A stretch of DNA of 64,000 nt, from NCBI GenBank assembly GCA_044225365.1, contig JBGAIQ010000005.1, positions 21,287 to 85,286 on the forward strand, given 5' to 3'. Of the stretch, positions 19,274 to 28,572 are shown in pieces (position 1 is the first letter of the stretch; each line of letters starts with the position of its first letter). Made by a program: the position numbers and the translations under genes. The notes under the pieces were generated by a model. The model worked only from the letters and a program-made list of their open reading frames with translations, searched no databases and was not told the DNA's origin. This DNA comes from Planctomycetota bacterium. GTDB taxonomy: Bacteria; Planctomycetota; B15-G4; JADJEK01.

Positions 19274-20935
19274 ATGAATTCGCGACGCGCCGCATTCTCC
19301 GCTGCGTTCGCCGCGCTGATCCTCGGCGTCCTCGTGCTGTGGCCTTCGCTCCAGGCGGTTCTCGATTCGCTCGGCGAGCCCGGAAGGCGATCGCTCGCGG
19401 TATGGCGCGCGCTCTTCGACCCGCAACACCCCGCCGCCCTCCGGGCGTTGTGGAACTCGACCTGGACCTCGCTCGCTTCGGTCGTCCTCGCCGGGATCCT
19501 CGGGACGGCCCTCGCGATTGCGGTGGCGCGAGTCCGATTCCCACTGCGCGGCACGCTCGCGGCGCTCTCCGTCCTGCCCCTGCTCCTGCCTCCGATCGTC
19601 GGCGTCTTGACGTTCAAGCAGTTCCTGTACGGCGAGTACGGCCTCGTTCCCCTGATCCTGAAGCGAACGCTCGGTATCGAAGCGCATCTCGACGGATACC
19701 TCGGCGTCCTCGCGCTCCACACGTATTCGTTCTTCCCGTTCTTCTTCCTGTTCGTCGCCGCGGGACAGAAGCGAGTCGACCCCGCGCTCGAGCAAGCCGC
19801 GGTCAGTCTCGGCGCCTCGCGTGTCACGATCCTCCGCCGGGTCCTGCTGCCGATCCTGATGCCATCGCTCATCGGCGCCGCGGTACTCGTCCTGCTCAAT
19901 TCGATGGGCTCGTTCTCGGCTCCTCTGTTCTTCGCGCCATCCGAGGAGTTCCTGACCCTTCGCATCTACAACTCGCGCGAGGCCGATCCCGCGGGCGCCG
20001 CCGCGCTCGCCACGCTGCTCGCGATCGCGGCGTTCGTCCTCCTCGTTCCATTGCGGGCCCTCGAGAATCGCTCGCGAGCCGAATCGGCGAGCAAGGGATC
20101 GTCGATGCTGGCGGAGCCCCCATTCGGCGCTCTCGGCCGCACCGTGCTCTTCGGCGTCGCGCTCGCTCTCGTGCTGTTCCTGCTGCTGCCGCATCTCTCG
20201 ATCGTCGTCCTCTCGTTCGCGGCCGACACCAACGCCAAAGCAAGCGCCGTCCCGACCGAATTCACGCTCGACCACTGGAAGCGGATCTTCGAGGACGACG
20301 CGTTCACCCGACCGCTGCAGAATTCCACGTGGATGGCGGGGATCGCGGCGATCGTCGACGTGGCCCTCGGTCTCTTCGTCGCCGTATTGCTCGCGAACCG
20401 CCGAACGCCCGCGCGCGGACTCATCGAACTCCTCGCGCTCCTGCCGATGGCGCTCCCAGCAACCGTGCTCGCCTTCAACCTGGTACGAGCTTTCGGCGCC
20501 GCCTCGCCCCTCACGCTCGGCCATGCCCTCGCCGGAACGGTCTTCTTGCTGCCCCTCGCATATCTCGTTCGCAATCTGCCCATCGCATTGCGCGCGACGC
20601 AGTCGGCCCTCGCGACGGTCGACACCAGCCTCGTCGACGCGGCGACGTCGCTCGGCGCGTCGCGGAGCGTGGCCTTCACGAGGATCGTGCTTCCCCTCGT
20701 CGCACCGGGCGTCCTGTCCGGCGCGCTTCTCTGCTTCCTCTCCGGGCTCACGGAATTCGTGGCCTCGATCCTGCTCTATATCCCCGAGAATCTCCCGATC
20801 GCGGTCGAGATCTTCAACCGCCAATACAATCGCGCCCTCGGCGAACCCGCCGCGCTCTCGGTCCTGTTGCTCCTCACGCAAGCCCTCGTGTTGCTGTTCG
20901 CGAATCGATTCCTGAAGGTCGAGAAGGTCGCGTAG
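19274..20935 (+). CDS. ABC transporter permease with two fused transmembrane domains (FbpB/ThiP-like)
   Basis: 553 aa with two EAA loops: EQAAVSLGASRVTILRRVLLP and VDAATSLGASRSVAFTRIVLP. Confidence 0.75.
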   Translation: MNSRRAAFSAAFAALILGVLVLWPSLQAVLDSLGEPGRRSLAVWRALFDPQHPAALRALWNSTWTSLASVVLAGILGTALAIAVARVRFPLRGTLAALSVLPLLLPPIVGVLTFKQFLYGEYGLVPLILKRTLGIEAHLDGYLGVLALHTYSFFPFFFLFVAAGQKRVDPALEQAAVSLGASRVTILRRVLLPILMPSLIGAAVLVLLNSMGSFSAPLFFAPSEEFLTLRIYNSREADPAGAAALATLLAIAAFVLLVPLRALENRSRAESASKGSSMLAEPPFGALGRTVLFGVALALVLFLLLPHLSIVVLSFAADTNAKASAVPTEFTLDHWKRIFEDDAFTRPLQNSTWMAGIAAIVDVALGLFVAVLLANRRTPARGLIELLALLPMALPATVLAFNLVRAFGAASPLTLGHALAGTVFLLPLAYLVRNLPIALRATQSALATVDTSLVDAATSLGASRSVAFTRIVLPLVAPGVLSGALLCFLSGLTEFVASILLYIPENLPIAVEIFNRQYNRALGEPAALSVLLLLTQALVLLFANRFLKVEKVA

Positions 20936-20960
20936 GAATCGTCGGCGTCCCCACCATCGC

Positions 20961-21632
20961 ATGCCTACCACGCTCGACATCACATTGCTGTCCCTCCGCG
21001 TCGCGCTCGTCTCGACGCTGTGGATCGCCGTGCCCGGAGTCGCGATGGGGTATCTGCTCGCGCGCGGGCGGTTTCGCGGCAAGGCTCTGGTGCAGGCCCT
21101 CATCGCCCTGCCGATGGTCCTGCCGCCGGTCGCCATCGGCCTCCTTCTGCTGCGGCTCCTCGCGCGCGATTCGTTCGTCGGAGACTTCCTGGCAGGGATC
21201 GGGATGGGCTCGCTGCTGCTCACCTGGAAGGCCGCCGCGATCGCCTCGGCCGTGATGGCGTTCCCGCTGCTCGTGATCGGCGCGCGGCAGGGATTCGAGA
21301 GCGTGCCAAGGAGGATCGAGCAGGTCGCGGAGACGCTCGGGATCTCACGGCGAACGACCTTCTTTCGCGTGACAATGCCGCTCGCGCTCCGCGGGATCCT
21401 GTATGGACTCGTGCTCGCGTTCGCACGGGCGCTCGGCGAGTTCGGAGCAACCTCGATCGTGGCGGGCCACATCCCCGGCGAGACCGAAACCCTCTCCCTC
21501 GCGATCCATTCCCGGATCGAGAACTTCGACGATGCGGGCGCGTGGCGGCTCTCCGTCGTCGCGCTGGTGCTCGCGCTCCTGTTCACCTCGTTTGCCGAGT
21601 ACGTGCTCCGCCGCAAGGACGATCCCCGATGA
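20961..21632 (+). CDS. ABC transporter permease, ModB/CysTW-like (molybdate/sulfate family)
   Basis: 223 aa. The EAA region reads ETLGISRRTTFFRVTMPLALRGILYGLVLAFARALGEFGATSIVAG, which matches the ModB-type signature. Confidence 0.65.
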   Translation: MPTTLDITLLSLRVALVSTLWIAVPGVAMGYLLARGRFRGKALVQALIALPMVLPPVAIGLLLLRLLARDSFVGDFLAGIGMGSLLLTWKAAAIASAVMAFPLLVIGARQGFESVPRRIEQVAETLGISRRTTFFRVTMPLALRGILYGLVLAFARALGEFGATSIVAGHIPGETETLSLAIHSRIENFDDAGAWRLSVVALVLALLFTSFAEYVLRRKDDPR

Positions 21633-22717
21633 CGGCGCGACACGCGATTCATCTGCGCTGCGCGATTCCGGGTTTTGCCCTCTCCGCGCAAGCCGAATGG
21701 AGAAGCGACGCCGCGGCGCTGTTCGGACCGAGCGGGAGCGGAAAGTCGACGATCCTCGAAGCGATCGCGGGTGTGCGCCACGACGTCGAAGGCGACGTGC
21801 GGCTCTGCGGGCGCGCGCTTCACGGCCTGCCGGCGCGCGATCGTAGGATCGGCTGGGTGCCGCAGGACGGCGCGCTCTTCCCCCACCTCCGAGTGCGCGA
21901 GAACCTCGAACTCGCGAGCCGCGCCCGTGGCGATGCCGGGGCGATCGCTCGCGCGGTCGACGCTCTCGAGATCGACTCCCTGCTCGATCGTCGCGCTCGC
22001 GAGCTGTCGGGAGGCGAGCGCCAGAGGGTCGCGATCGCCCGCGCGCTCGCTTCGAGACCCGACTTCCTGCTGCTCGACGAACCACTCGCAGCGATCGATC
22101 GGCCACTACGAACCCGCATCGTCCCGTTCTTGCAGCGCCTGCGAAAGGACCTTGCGATCCCTTTCCTGCTCGTCACTCACGATCCGCTCGAAGTCATGGA
22201 ACTCGTCGACGAAGTGCTCGTGCTGTCGAGCGGCGACATCGCCGCGCAAGGCCCTCCCGCGAGCATCTTCGCTTCCGCGTCGGAGTTCGCGCCGCTCCAC
22301 GCTCTCGGCGCGGAGAACGTCTACGACATCGAATGCGTCGAGTCCGGGGTCGTCGAAGAAGCCCGAACGGATCGACCTGGATCCGCCAGCTCCCTCGTCG
22401 TTCGTACGCGCGGTGGCCTCGAACTCACGCTCGCCCACGTGCCAGGCTTTCCGATTCCCACTCGCGTCGCGCTTCGAGCCGAAGACGTCCTGCTCGCTGC
22501 AGAAGTGCCCCGCGCGATCTCGGCTCAGAACGTGATTGCCGCGCGCGTCGCTGCGGTGACCGAGGTCCGAGGAGCTCGCCTCGTCGAACTCGCTGTCGGA
22601 TCCTCCGGCGAGCGCATGCTCGCGAAGATCACAGCCGCCGCCGAACGACGCCTCGCGATCGTCCCTGGCGCCGACGTCTGCGTGGTGCTGAAGGCGCACG
22701 CGGTGCATCCGCTCTGA
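21629..22717 (+). CDS. ABC transporter ATP-binding protein with C-terminal TOBE/MOP domain (ModC/FbpC-like)
   Basis: The ATG overlaps the ModB-like stop (ATGA). Walker A GPSGSGKST, signature LSGGERQRVAIARAL, Walker B LLLDEP and the H-loop THD are present. An extra C-terminal beta-rich domain of about 130 aa fits a TOBE domain. Confidence 0.8.
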   Translation: MTARHAIHLRCAIPGFALSAQAEWRSDAAALFGPSGSGKSTILEAIAGVRHDVEGDVRLCGRALHGLPARDRRIGWVPQDGALFPHLRVRENLELASRARGDAGAIARAVDALEIDSLLDRRARELSGGERQRVAIARALASRPDFLLLDEPLAAIDRPLRTRIVPFLQRLRKDLAIPFLLVTHDPLEVMELVDEVLVLSSGDIAAQGPPASIFASASEFAPLHALGAENVYDIECVESGVVEEARTDRPGSASSLVVRTRGGLELTLAHVPGFPIPTRVALRAEDVLLAAEVPRAISAQNVIAARVAAVTEVRGARLVELAVGSSGERMLAKITAAAERRLAIVPGADVCVVLKAHAVHPL

Positions 22718-23052
22718 GTCCCGTCGCGTCGATGTTCCGTGAAAAGACGATTACATCGTCCGTTTTTCTCGGAGCCGACTCCGCTCGATTCCCCGATTCC
22801 TGACGAGATCATGCGGAGGGATTCCGCGACGCCACGATCGAGAATTGGGAATCTCGCGCGCCCCGATTCGACCCTTTCCACTCGCCTGCGTCGAGTCGAG
22901 CCCATCGCTCATGTCTTTCGGGCAGGAGTTCCCGAAAACGCTCGATCGCGAGCCACCGCCGCGAGCCTGAGGCGTTTCGCACGGGATTTGCGGCCGAAGG
23001 ACTCGACCTGTCCCGCCCTTGTCATCTTCCACCGGTCAAGGAATCGCTCGTG

Positions 23053-25464
23053 ATGCAACCCGACAACAGGCCTGATCCGATTCCGTCTCGACGCGCGCGC
23101 TGGCTCCGCGGTGCGATCGAGTCCGTTCCGATCCTCGCTGGTGCAGGCTTCCTGCTCGCTGCGATCCACTCGAGTACGGCGGCGGCCGATCCGCCGGCTC
23201 CGCCGGTCGCGGCCACCTCGACGCGGGTCATTGCGTGGAACGATCTCGGCATGCACTGCATGGATCCCGGCTACTCCGTCTTCGCGCTCCTGCCGCCCTT
23301 CAACGACTTCAAGTCGGCGCTCATCGTGAACGGCAAGCTGCAGAAGGCTGGCAATCCGTATCAGGTCTCGTATCGCGGGACTGCGTCGGCCACGGGCCAG
23401 TTGAACACGAGTTCGATCGGCAAGACCGACTTCTGGGATCACGTCCAGTCGATCTTCGGTGTGGCGCTGCCGCCCGACCACGGACTGGCGGGTCACGACA
23501 TGCCGGGTCCGTTGAACACGCCGCAGCCGATGAGCTTCGACGGGACGTGGAACTGGTTCGCCGCCGACGGCGTCCCGATCACTCCGTACGACGACACGAC
23601 GAAGGCGAACAACACGTATCCGCTGCTCGAAGCCATCGCGAAGGACGCCAACGGCACGACGATCGCCTCGACGTCGAACGTCGTTCCCGTCTCCGACGAG
23701 ATGGACTGCAGCCATTGCCACGCATCGGCCGCCAGTCCCTACGCAAAGCCGCTGAAGGGATGGGTCTTCGCGAGCAACACGATCGAGGACTATCGCCTCA
23801 ACATCCTGCGTCTGCATGACGAGAAGCAGGCGGGCAACGCGGCGTTCGCGAGTGCTCTCGCCGCGAAGGGCATGAATCCGCTCGGACTCGAGGCGACGGT
23901 GACGCAGGACGGTCATCCGATGCTGTGCGCCGCGTGTCATGCGAGCAATGCGTTGCCGGGCTCCGGCATCGCCGGGATCTCCCGCCTCACGTCGGCGCTC
24001 CACCTGAAGCACGCGAACGTCGTCGACACGACGGGCAAGACGCTCGATTCCGACACCAATCGCAGCGCCTGCTACGAGTGTCACCCTGGCTCCGTGACGC
24101 GCTGCCTGCGCGGCGCGATGGGCAGCGCCGTGGCAAAGGACGGCACCCTCGAGATGCAGTGCCAGAACTGCCACGGATCGATGAGCAAGGTTGGTGATCC
24201 GGCGCGACTCGGCTGGCTCGACGAACCGAGCTGCCAGCAGTGCCATACCGGTACCGCAACGCAGAACTCCGGGCAGATCCGATTCACCTCGGTCTACGAC
24301 GCCAACGGGAATCCGCACGTTCCGGCGAACCTCACCTTCGCGACCGACGCGAACGTGCCGGCCACGGGCTTCGATCTCTATCGCTTCTCCGACGGCCACG
24401 GCTCGCTGCAGTGCGAGGCGTGCCACGGCTCGACGCACGCGGAGTACCCGTCGTCGGAGCCGAAGGACAATCAGCAGAGCATCGCGGCGCAAGGACACAC
24501 CGGCATGCTCGTCGAGTGCCAGAGCTGTCACGGCACGGTCCCGTTCACCGTGAACGGCGGACCGCACGGCATGCACTCGATCGGACAATCCTGGGTGAAC
24601 CAGCACGGCGACATCGCCGAGACGCAGGGCACTTCGCAGTGCCGCACCTGCCATGGCACGGACTATCGCGGAACGGTCCTCTCCTATGCGCAGGACAACC
24701 GAACGTTCTCGACGGTATTCGGCACCAAGAGCTTCTTCAATGGTGCGCAGGTCGGCTGCTTCCACTGCCACAACGGCCCGGGCAGTGCAGATCCCATCAA
24801 CAATGCGGCACCTGTCGTCACCAACAAGAATGTCGCGACCCCGAACGACACGACGCTCACGGTGAACCTCGCCGGCACCGACGCCAACAACGATCCGCTC
24901 ACCTATCGCATCGTCGAGCAGCCCTCGCACGGTACGGTCGGGATCGCGGGCGCCGTGGCGACCTACTTCCCCGAGCCAGGTTTCGTGGGCACGACGACCT
25001 TCACGTTCGCCGCGTGGGACAACAAGACGAACTCCAACCTTGGAACCGTCACCGTCACGTCGAACGGTCCGAGCTGCCTCGGCGCCTCGAAGCGTTACGG
25101 CTTCGGTTGCGCGGGCACGGGCGGCGTCCTGCCGCAGCTCGACGTCACGGGCTGCCCGACACCGGGCAGCACGATCACCGTCGCGCTCACGAAGGGACTG
25201 CCAGGCGCGACTTCGATCGTCTTCGTCGGCGCAGGTCAGGGCGCGACAACGCTCCCCGCTGGATGCGTCCTGCGCGTGTTCCCGCTCCTGCCGTTCTCCT
25301 TCGCGATCCCCTTGAGCTCGGGAGTCGGCGGCGGAGCGTTCTCCCTCCCCGTGACGATTCCGCCCGCTACCACGGGCACTGCGACCCTCCAAGCGTTCGT
25401 CGTCGACCCGGGAGTGTGGCAAGGCTTCTCGGCGACGAACGGCGTCCAAGTGGACATCCACTGA
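23053..25464 (+). CDS. Secreted nonaheme c-type cytochrome with a C-terminal Ig/cadherin-like domain and conserved C-terminal module
   Basis: Nine CxxCH motifs are present (CSHCH, CAACH, CYECH, CQNCH, CQQCH, CEACH, CQSCH, CRTCH, CFHCH). The signal peptide is ...ILAGAGFLLAAIHSSTAAA. TYRIVEQPSHGTV is an Ig-like stretch. The last roughly 115 aa are shared with three other secreted proteins in the window. Confidence 0.75.
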   Translation: MQPDNRPDPIPSRRARWLRGAIESVPILAGAGFLLAAIHSSTAAADPPAPPVAATSTRVIAWNDLGMHCMDPGYSVFALLPPFNDFKSALIVNGKLQKAGNPYQVSYRGTASATGQLNTSSIGKTDFWDHVQSIFGVALPPDHGLAGHDMPGPLNTPQPMSFDGTWNWFAADGVPITPYDDTTKANNTYPLLEAIAKDANGTTIASTSNVVPVSDEMDCSHCHASAASPYAKPLKGWVFASNTIEDYRLNILRLHDEKQAGNAAFASALAAKGMNPLGLEATVTQDGHPMLCAACHASNALPGSGIAGISRLTSALHLKHANVVDTTGKTLDSDTNRSACYECHPGSVTRCLRGAMGSAVAKDGTLEMQCQNCHGSMSKVGDPARLGWLDEPSCQQCHTGTATQNSGQIRFTSVYDANGNPHVPANLTFATDANVPATGFDLYRFSDGHGSLQCEACHGSTHAEYPSSEPKDNQQSIAAQGHTGMLVECQSCHGTVPFTVNGGPHGMHSIGQSWVNQHGDIAETQGTSQCRTCHGTDYRGTVLSYAQDNRTFSTVFGTKSFFNGAQVGCFHCHNGPGSADPINNAAPVVTNKNVATPNDTTLTVNLAGTDANNDPLTYRIVEQPSHGTVGIAGAVATYFPEPGFVGTTTFTFAAWDNKTNSNLGTVTVTSNGPSCLGASKRYGFGCAGTGGVLPQLDVTGCPTPGSTITVALTKGLPGATSIVFVGAGQGATTLPAGCVLRVFPLLPFSFAIPLSSGVGGGAFSLPVTIPPATTGTATLQAFVVDPGVWQGFSATNGVQVDIH

Positions 25465-25560
25465 CCCCGTTTCTCATTTCCGGTCCGACCTCGCGCGCCG
25501 CGCTCCCTGAACGATGGGATCGCGGCGCGCGTCTTTCGTATTCCGGTCGTTCGTGTCGTG

Positions 25561-28260
25561 TCAATTCCCGTCGTTTTCCAGCTTCGTCGCGAGTTCCGGC
25601 CGCCCGGTCGCCCGATAGACCGCGGCGAGGTCCTTCATGATCGCCGCTCGCAGCTCCTTGGCGTCGGATGAGACGTCCTTCTGCGCGCGTGTCAGCTCGC
25701 GTTCCGCCGCTTCCCAATCGCGACGGCGGACGTGGATCTTCCCGAGCGCGCAATGCGCCGCGGCGTTGCCCGCGTCGTCCTGCGGTCGCGCGTCGATACT
25801 CGCCTGCAGGTCCAGGAGCGCGTGGTCGTCGTCCTTCGCATCCGCGCGGGCGAGCCCGAGCTCGTAGCGCGTGGCGGCGAGAGTGGGATGGTCCTTGGGA
25901 AGTGCGATCGTTCGGATGCGAAGCACTTCCACCCAGTCGGCGACCGCGTCCTCGTACTCTCCGCGCAGACGATGCAGTGCCGCTCGCTGCGAGATCGTGT
26001 CGGCGGTGCGCGGATGGTCCGCGTGGAATTGCTTCGTCGCGGCGACGACGGCTTCGTCGAGCGCAGCCTTTGCGCCAGCGAGATCCTTCTGCGCGAGCGC
26101 GACCTGGGCGAGTCGAGGCAGCAGGATTGCGAGCGCTTCGGCGCCGGCGCCGCGCAGCTTGCGCATCCCTTCGATCGCGCGTTCGAAGTCGGCGCGAGCC
26201 GCGGGGAGGTCGCCGTCCTTCAGCTCGATCGAGCCGCGGTTCGCGAGACATTGGAGCGTGAGGTAGGCGTCGTCGCCGAGGATGCGTCGCCGCAGGTCGT
26301 AGGCGATGTCCAGGTTCTCCCTCGCTTCCTTCGTCATCCCCAGTCGGAGGAGCGCGGCGCCGAGGTTGTTCCGACTCTCCGCGACGCTGAGCGAACCAGG
26401 GAACTCCTTCTCGCGGATCGCGAGCGCGTCGCGATGCAGCTCGTAGGCGGCCTTGAAATCCCCGCAGGCGGCGGTCGCCGCGGCGAGATCGTTCATGGCG
26501 CGGGCGATGTCCGAATGGACCTCGCGAGGATGGAGACGATGGATGCGCAGCGCTTGCGCGAGGGTGTCGCGCGCGGCGACCGCGTTCCCTTCTTCGAGTT
26601 CGAGGGCGCCGAGATTGCCGAGGCTGAGCGCGTGCTCGAGGTGATCGTCTCCGAAGAACCCCACGCGGATCTCGAGGGCTTCCTCGATGAGAGCCTTCGC
26701 CTCGTCGCGCAATCCGACGTGGCGCGCCGCGGTGCCGAGGGCGTCGATGAGGTTTGCGAGGACGTGGGGATCCGTTGCGTACTTCTTGCGAACGTCCGTC
26801 GCCTGCTGGAGCAGTCGTTCACGAACGCGATCGCGAAGCTGTGGCTCTTCGTAGAAGTCCGCCTTCAGGAAGACGTCGGTGAGCGCGTCCGTGACCTGGG
26901 CCGACGACTCGGCCTCGATCGATGCGTGGTTCGCTTGGTCGATGGCCACCTTCCGCGCCCTTTCGGCATCGTCTCGCTCGCGCGTCGCGCTTCGCGCGAA
27001 CGAGAGGCTGACGATCGTGCCGCCGAGGAGCGAGGCCATGAGTGCGATCCCGAGCGACGTCGCAACGCGATGTCGGCTGGCGAAACGCTCGATGCGATAC
27101 CACGTCGAAGGGGGCCGCGCGACCACCGGAAAGCCGTCGAGATGACGACGCACATCGGCGGCGAATTCGAGACAACTTCGATATCGCCGCGCTGGTTCCG
27201 ATTCGAGCGCCATCCCGACGATCCGATCGAGATCGCCGAGAAGCGAGCGAGCGAGCTTCTCCGGCGTCAGACCGCGCGCCGCCGCGCGAGCCACGATCTT
27301 CTCTCGCTCGGTCGCGGGCGACAGTACTCGCGCGCTCGGCGGAACGAGGAGTGTGCTCGCATCGGCGCCGTTCGCGATCGCGCGGATCTCGCCCTGGGAG
27401 AACGGACGGGTGCCGGTGAGGAGTTCGTGGAGCACGACGCCTAGCGACCAGACGTCGCTAGCGATGCCGACGGCGCCGCCGCGCATCTGTTCGGGGCTGG
27501 CGTATTCCGGTGTGTATGCCGCGGGATTCGTGCCCGTCGGCGGCTTCACCGTCTCGCCGGGTTCGCCCTCGCCCTCTCGCAACAGCGCCGCCACACCGAA
27601 GTCGACGATTCGCGGTTCACCGTCGCGAGTCACGAGGATATTGCTCGGCTTGAGATCACGGTGGAGCACGAGGCTTCGATGCGCGTGATCCGCTGCGAGG
27701 CAGATCGTCTCGAACAGACCGAGTCGCTCGCGTAACGTGAGCCGCCGCTCGTCGCAGAAGCGATCGAGATGCTCCCCGTCGACGAGTTCCATCACGATGT
27801 ACGGAACGCCGTCGGCCGTCGCACCGCCGTCGAGGAGGCGTGCGATGTTCTTGTGCTCGATCCGCCCGAGGAGGCGTGGCTCGCGCAGGAAACGCCTCCG
27901 CATCGTGTCGGAGAGCAGCCCGACGTGGAGCAGCTTCACCGCGACGGGTCGCGGGATCGACCCGTCCGCGCGCATGGCGCGGTAGACCGAGCCCATGCCG
28001 CCCTCGGCGATCTTGCTCTCGAGGCGCCAATTACCGAACGTGGCGCCGACGAATGGATCGACCTGGATGCTGGGGATCGCCGTGCCGTCGACGACTCCGT
28101 TCTCGATCCGATCGGCCTCGAGCATTCGCTCGACCTGCGCTCGCAGAGTCGAATCGTCGCCGCAGCTCGACGCCACGAATTCATCGCGTTCCGCAGCGGG
28201 ACGCGCCAGCGCCGCTTCGAAGAGCTGCTCGATCCTGCGCCAGCGTTCCGCGGTCCACAT
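25561..28260 (-). CDS. Serine/threonine protein kinase with C-terminal TPR repeats
   Basis: 899 aa with an ATG start. Kinase motifs are intact: GxGxxG-like GGMGSVYRA, VAVKLL, HRDLKPSNIL, DFGVA and SPEQ. A transmembrane segment is followed by about 500 aa of TPR-like helical repeats. Confidence 0.85.
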   Translation of the reverse strand: MWTAERWRRIEQLFEAALARPAAERDEFVASSCGDDSTLRAQVERMLEADRIENGVVDGTAIPSIQVDPFVGATFGNWRLESKIAEGGMGSVYRAMRADGSIPRPVAVKLLHVGLLSDTMRRRFLREPRLLGRIEHKNIARLLDGGATADGVPYIVMELVDGEHLDRFCDERRLTLRERLGLFETICLAADHAHRSLVLHRDLKPSNILVTRDGEPRIVDFGVAALLREGEGEPGETVKPPTGTNPAAYTPEYASPEQMRGGAVGIASDVWSLGVVLHELLTGTRPFSQGEIRAIANGADASTLLVPPSARVLSPATEREKIVARAAARGLTPEKLARSLLGDLDRIVGMALESEPARRYRSCLEFAADVRRHLDGFPVVARPPSTWYRIERFASRHRVATSLGIALMASLLGGTIVSLSFARSATRERDDAERARKVAIDQANHASIEAESSAQVTDALTDVFLKADFYEEPQLRDRVRERLLQQATDVRKKYATDPHVLANLIDALGTAARHVGLRDEAKALIEEALEIRVGFFGDDHLEHALSLGNLGALELEEGNAVAARDTLAQALRIHRLHPREVHSDIARAMNDLAAATAACGDFKAAYELHRDALAIREKEFPGSLSVAESRNNLGAALLRLGMTKEARENLDIAYDLRRRILGDDAYLTLQCLANRGSIELKDGDLPAARADFERAIEGMRKLRGAGAEALAILLPRLAQVALAQKDLAGAKAALDEAVVAATKQFHADHPRTADTISQRAALHRLRGEYEDAVADWVEVLRIRTIALPKDHPTLAATRYELGLARADAKDDDHALLDLQASIDARPQDDAGNAAAHCALGKIHVRRRDWEAAERELTRAQKDVSSDAKELRAAIMKDLAAVYRATGRPELATKLENDGN

Positions 28261-28572
28261 GTTCCGTCGTCTCTCTACAGCAGATCCCGATCGTAGCGCC
28301 GGCGCTCGCCCGTTCGAAGCGACCGCGACTCACGACGGCGGGTCCATCCTTCATGCATGCATGCGCCGAACGGCCTCCCATCCTGCCAATTTCGCCCGTT
28401 TCTCTCCCCGAAGGTCCGGATCGAAAATTCTTGGCAGCTCGTCGATCGGGAAATCGCATGCACTCGCACACGCCGTTGGAAGCGCCCCGCCCGCGATTCC
28501 ACGCACTCCCGACCGGCCCGCCGCGACGACGCTTCGATCGACCGCGGGCGAAAGCAAGTGAGGACTCACGTC

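Noticed and set aside
22970-22995. Possible sigma-54 promoter (TCGCAC-N5-TTTGCG) upstream of the multiheme cytochrome.
   Set aside because: The -24 element lacks the invariant GG dinucleotide, so the match is too weak to call.
25120-25464. Shared C-terminal module as PEP-CTERM, MYXO-CTERM, LPXTG or T9SS CTD.
   Set aside because: There is no terminal hydrophobic helix plus basic tail and no LPXTG or PEP motif. The characteristic T9SS CTD conserved Gly/Tyr/Lys blocks are not evident. It is therefore kept as an unnamed module.
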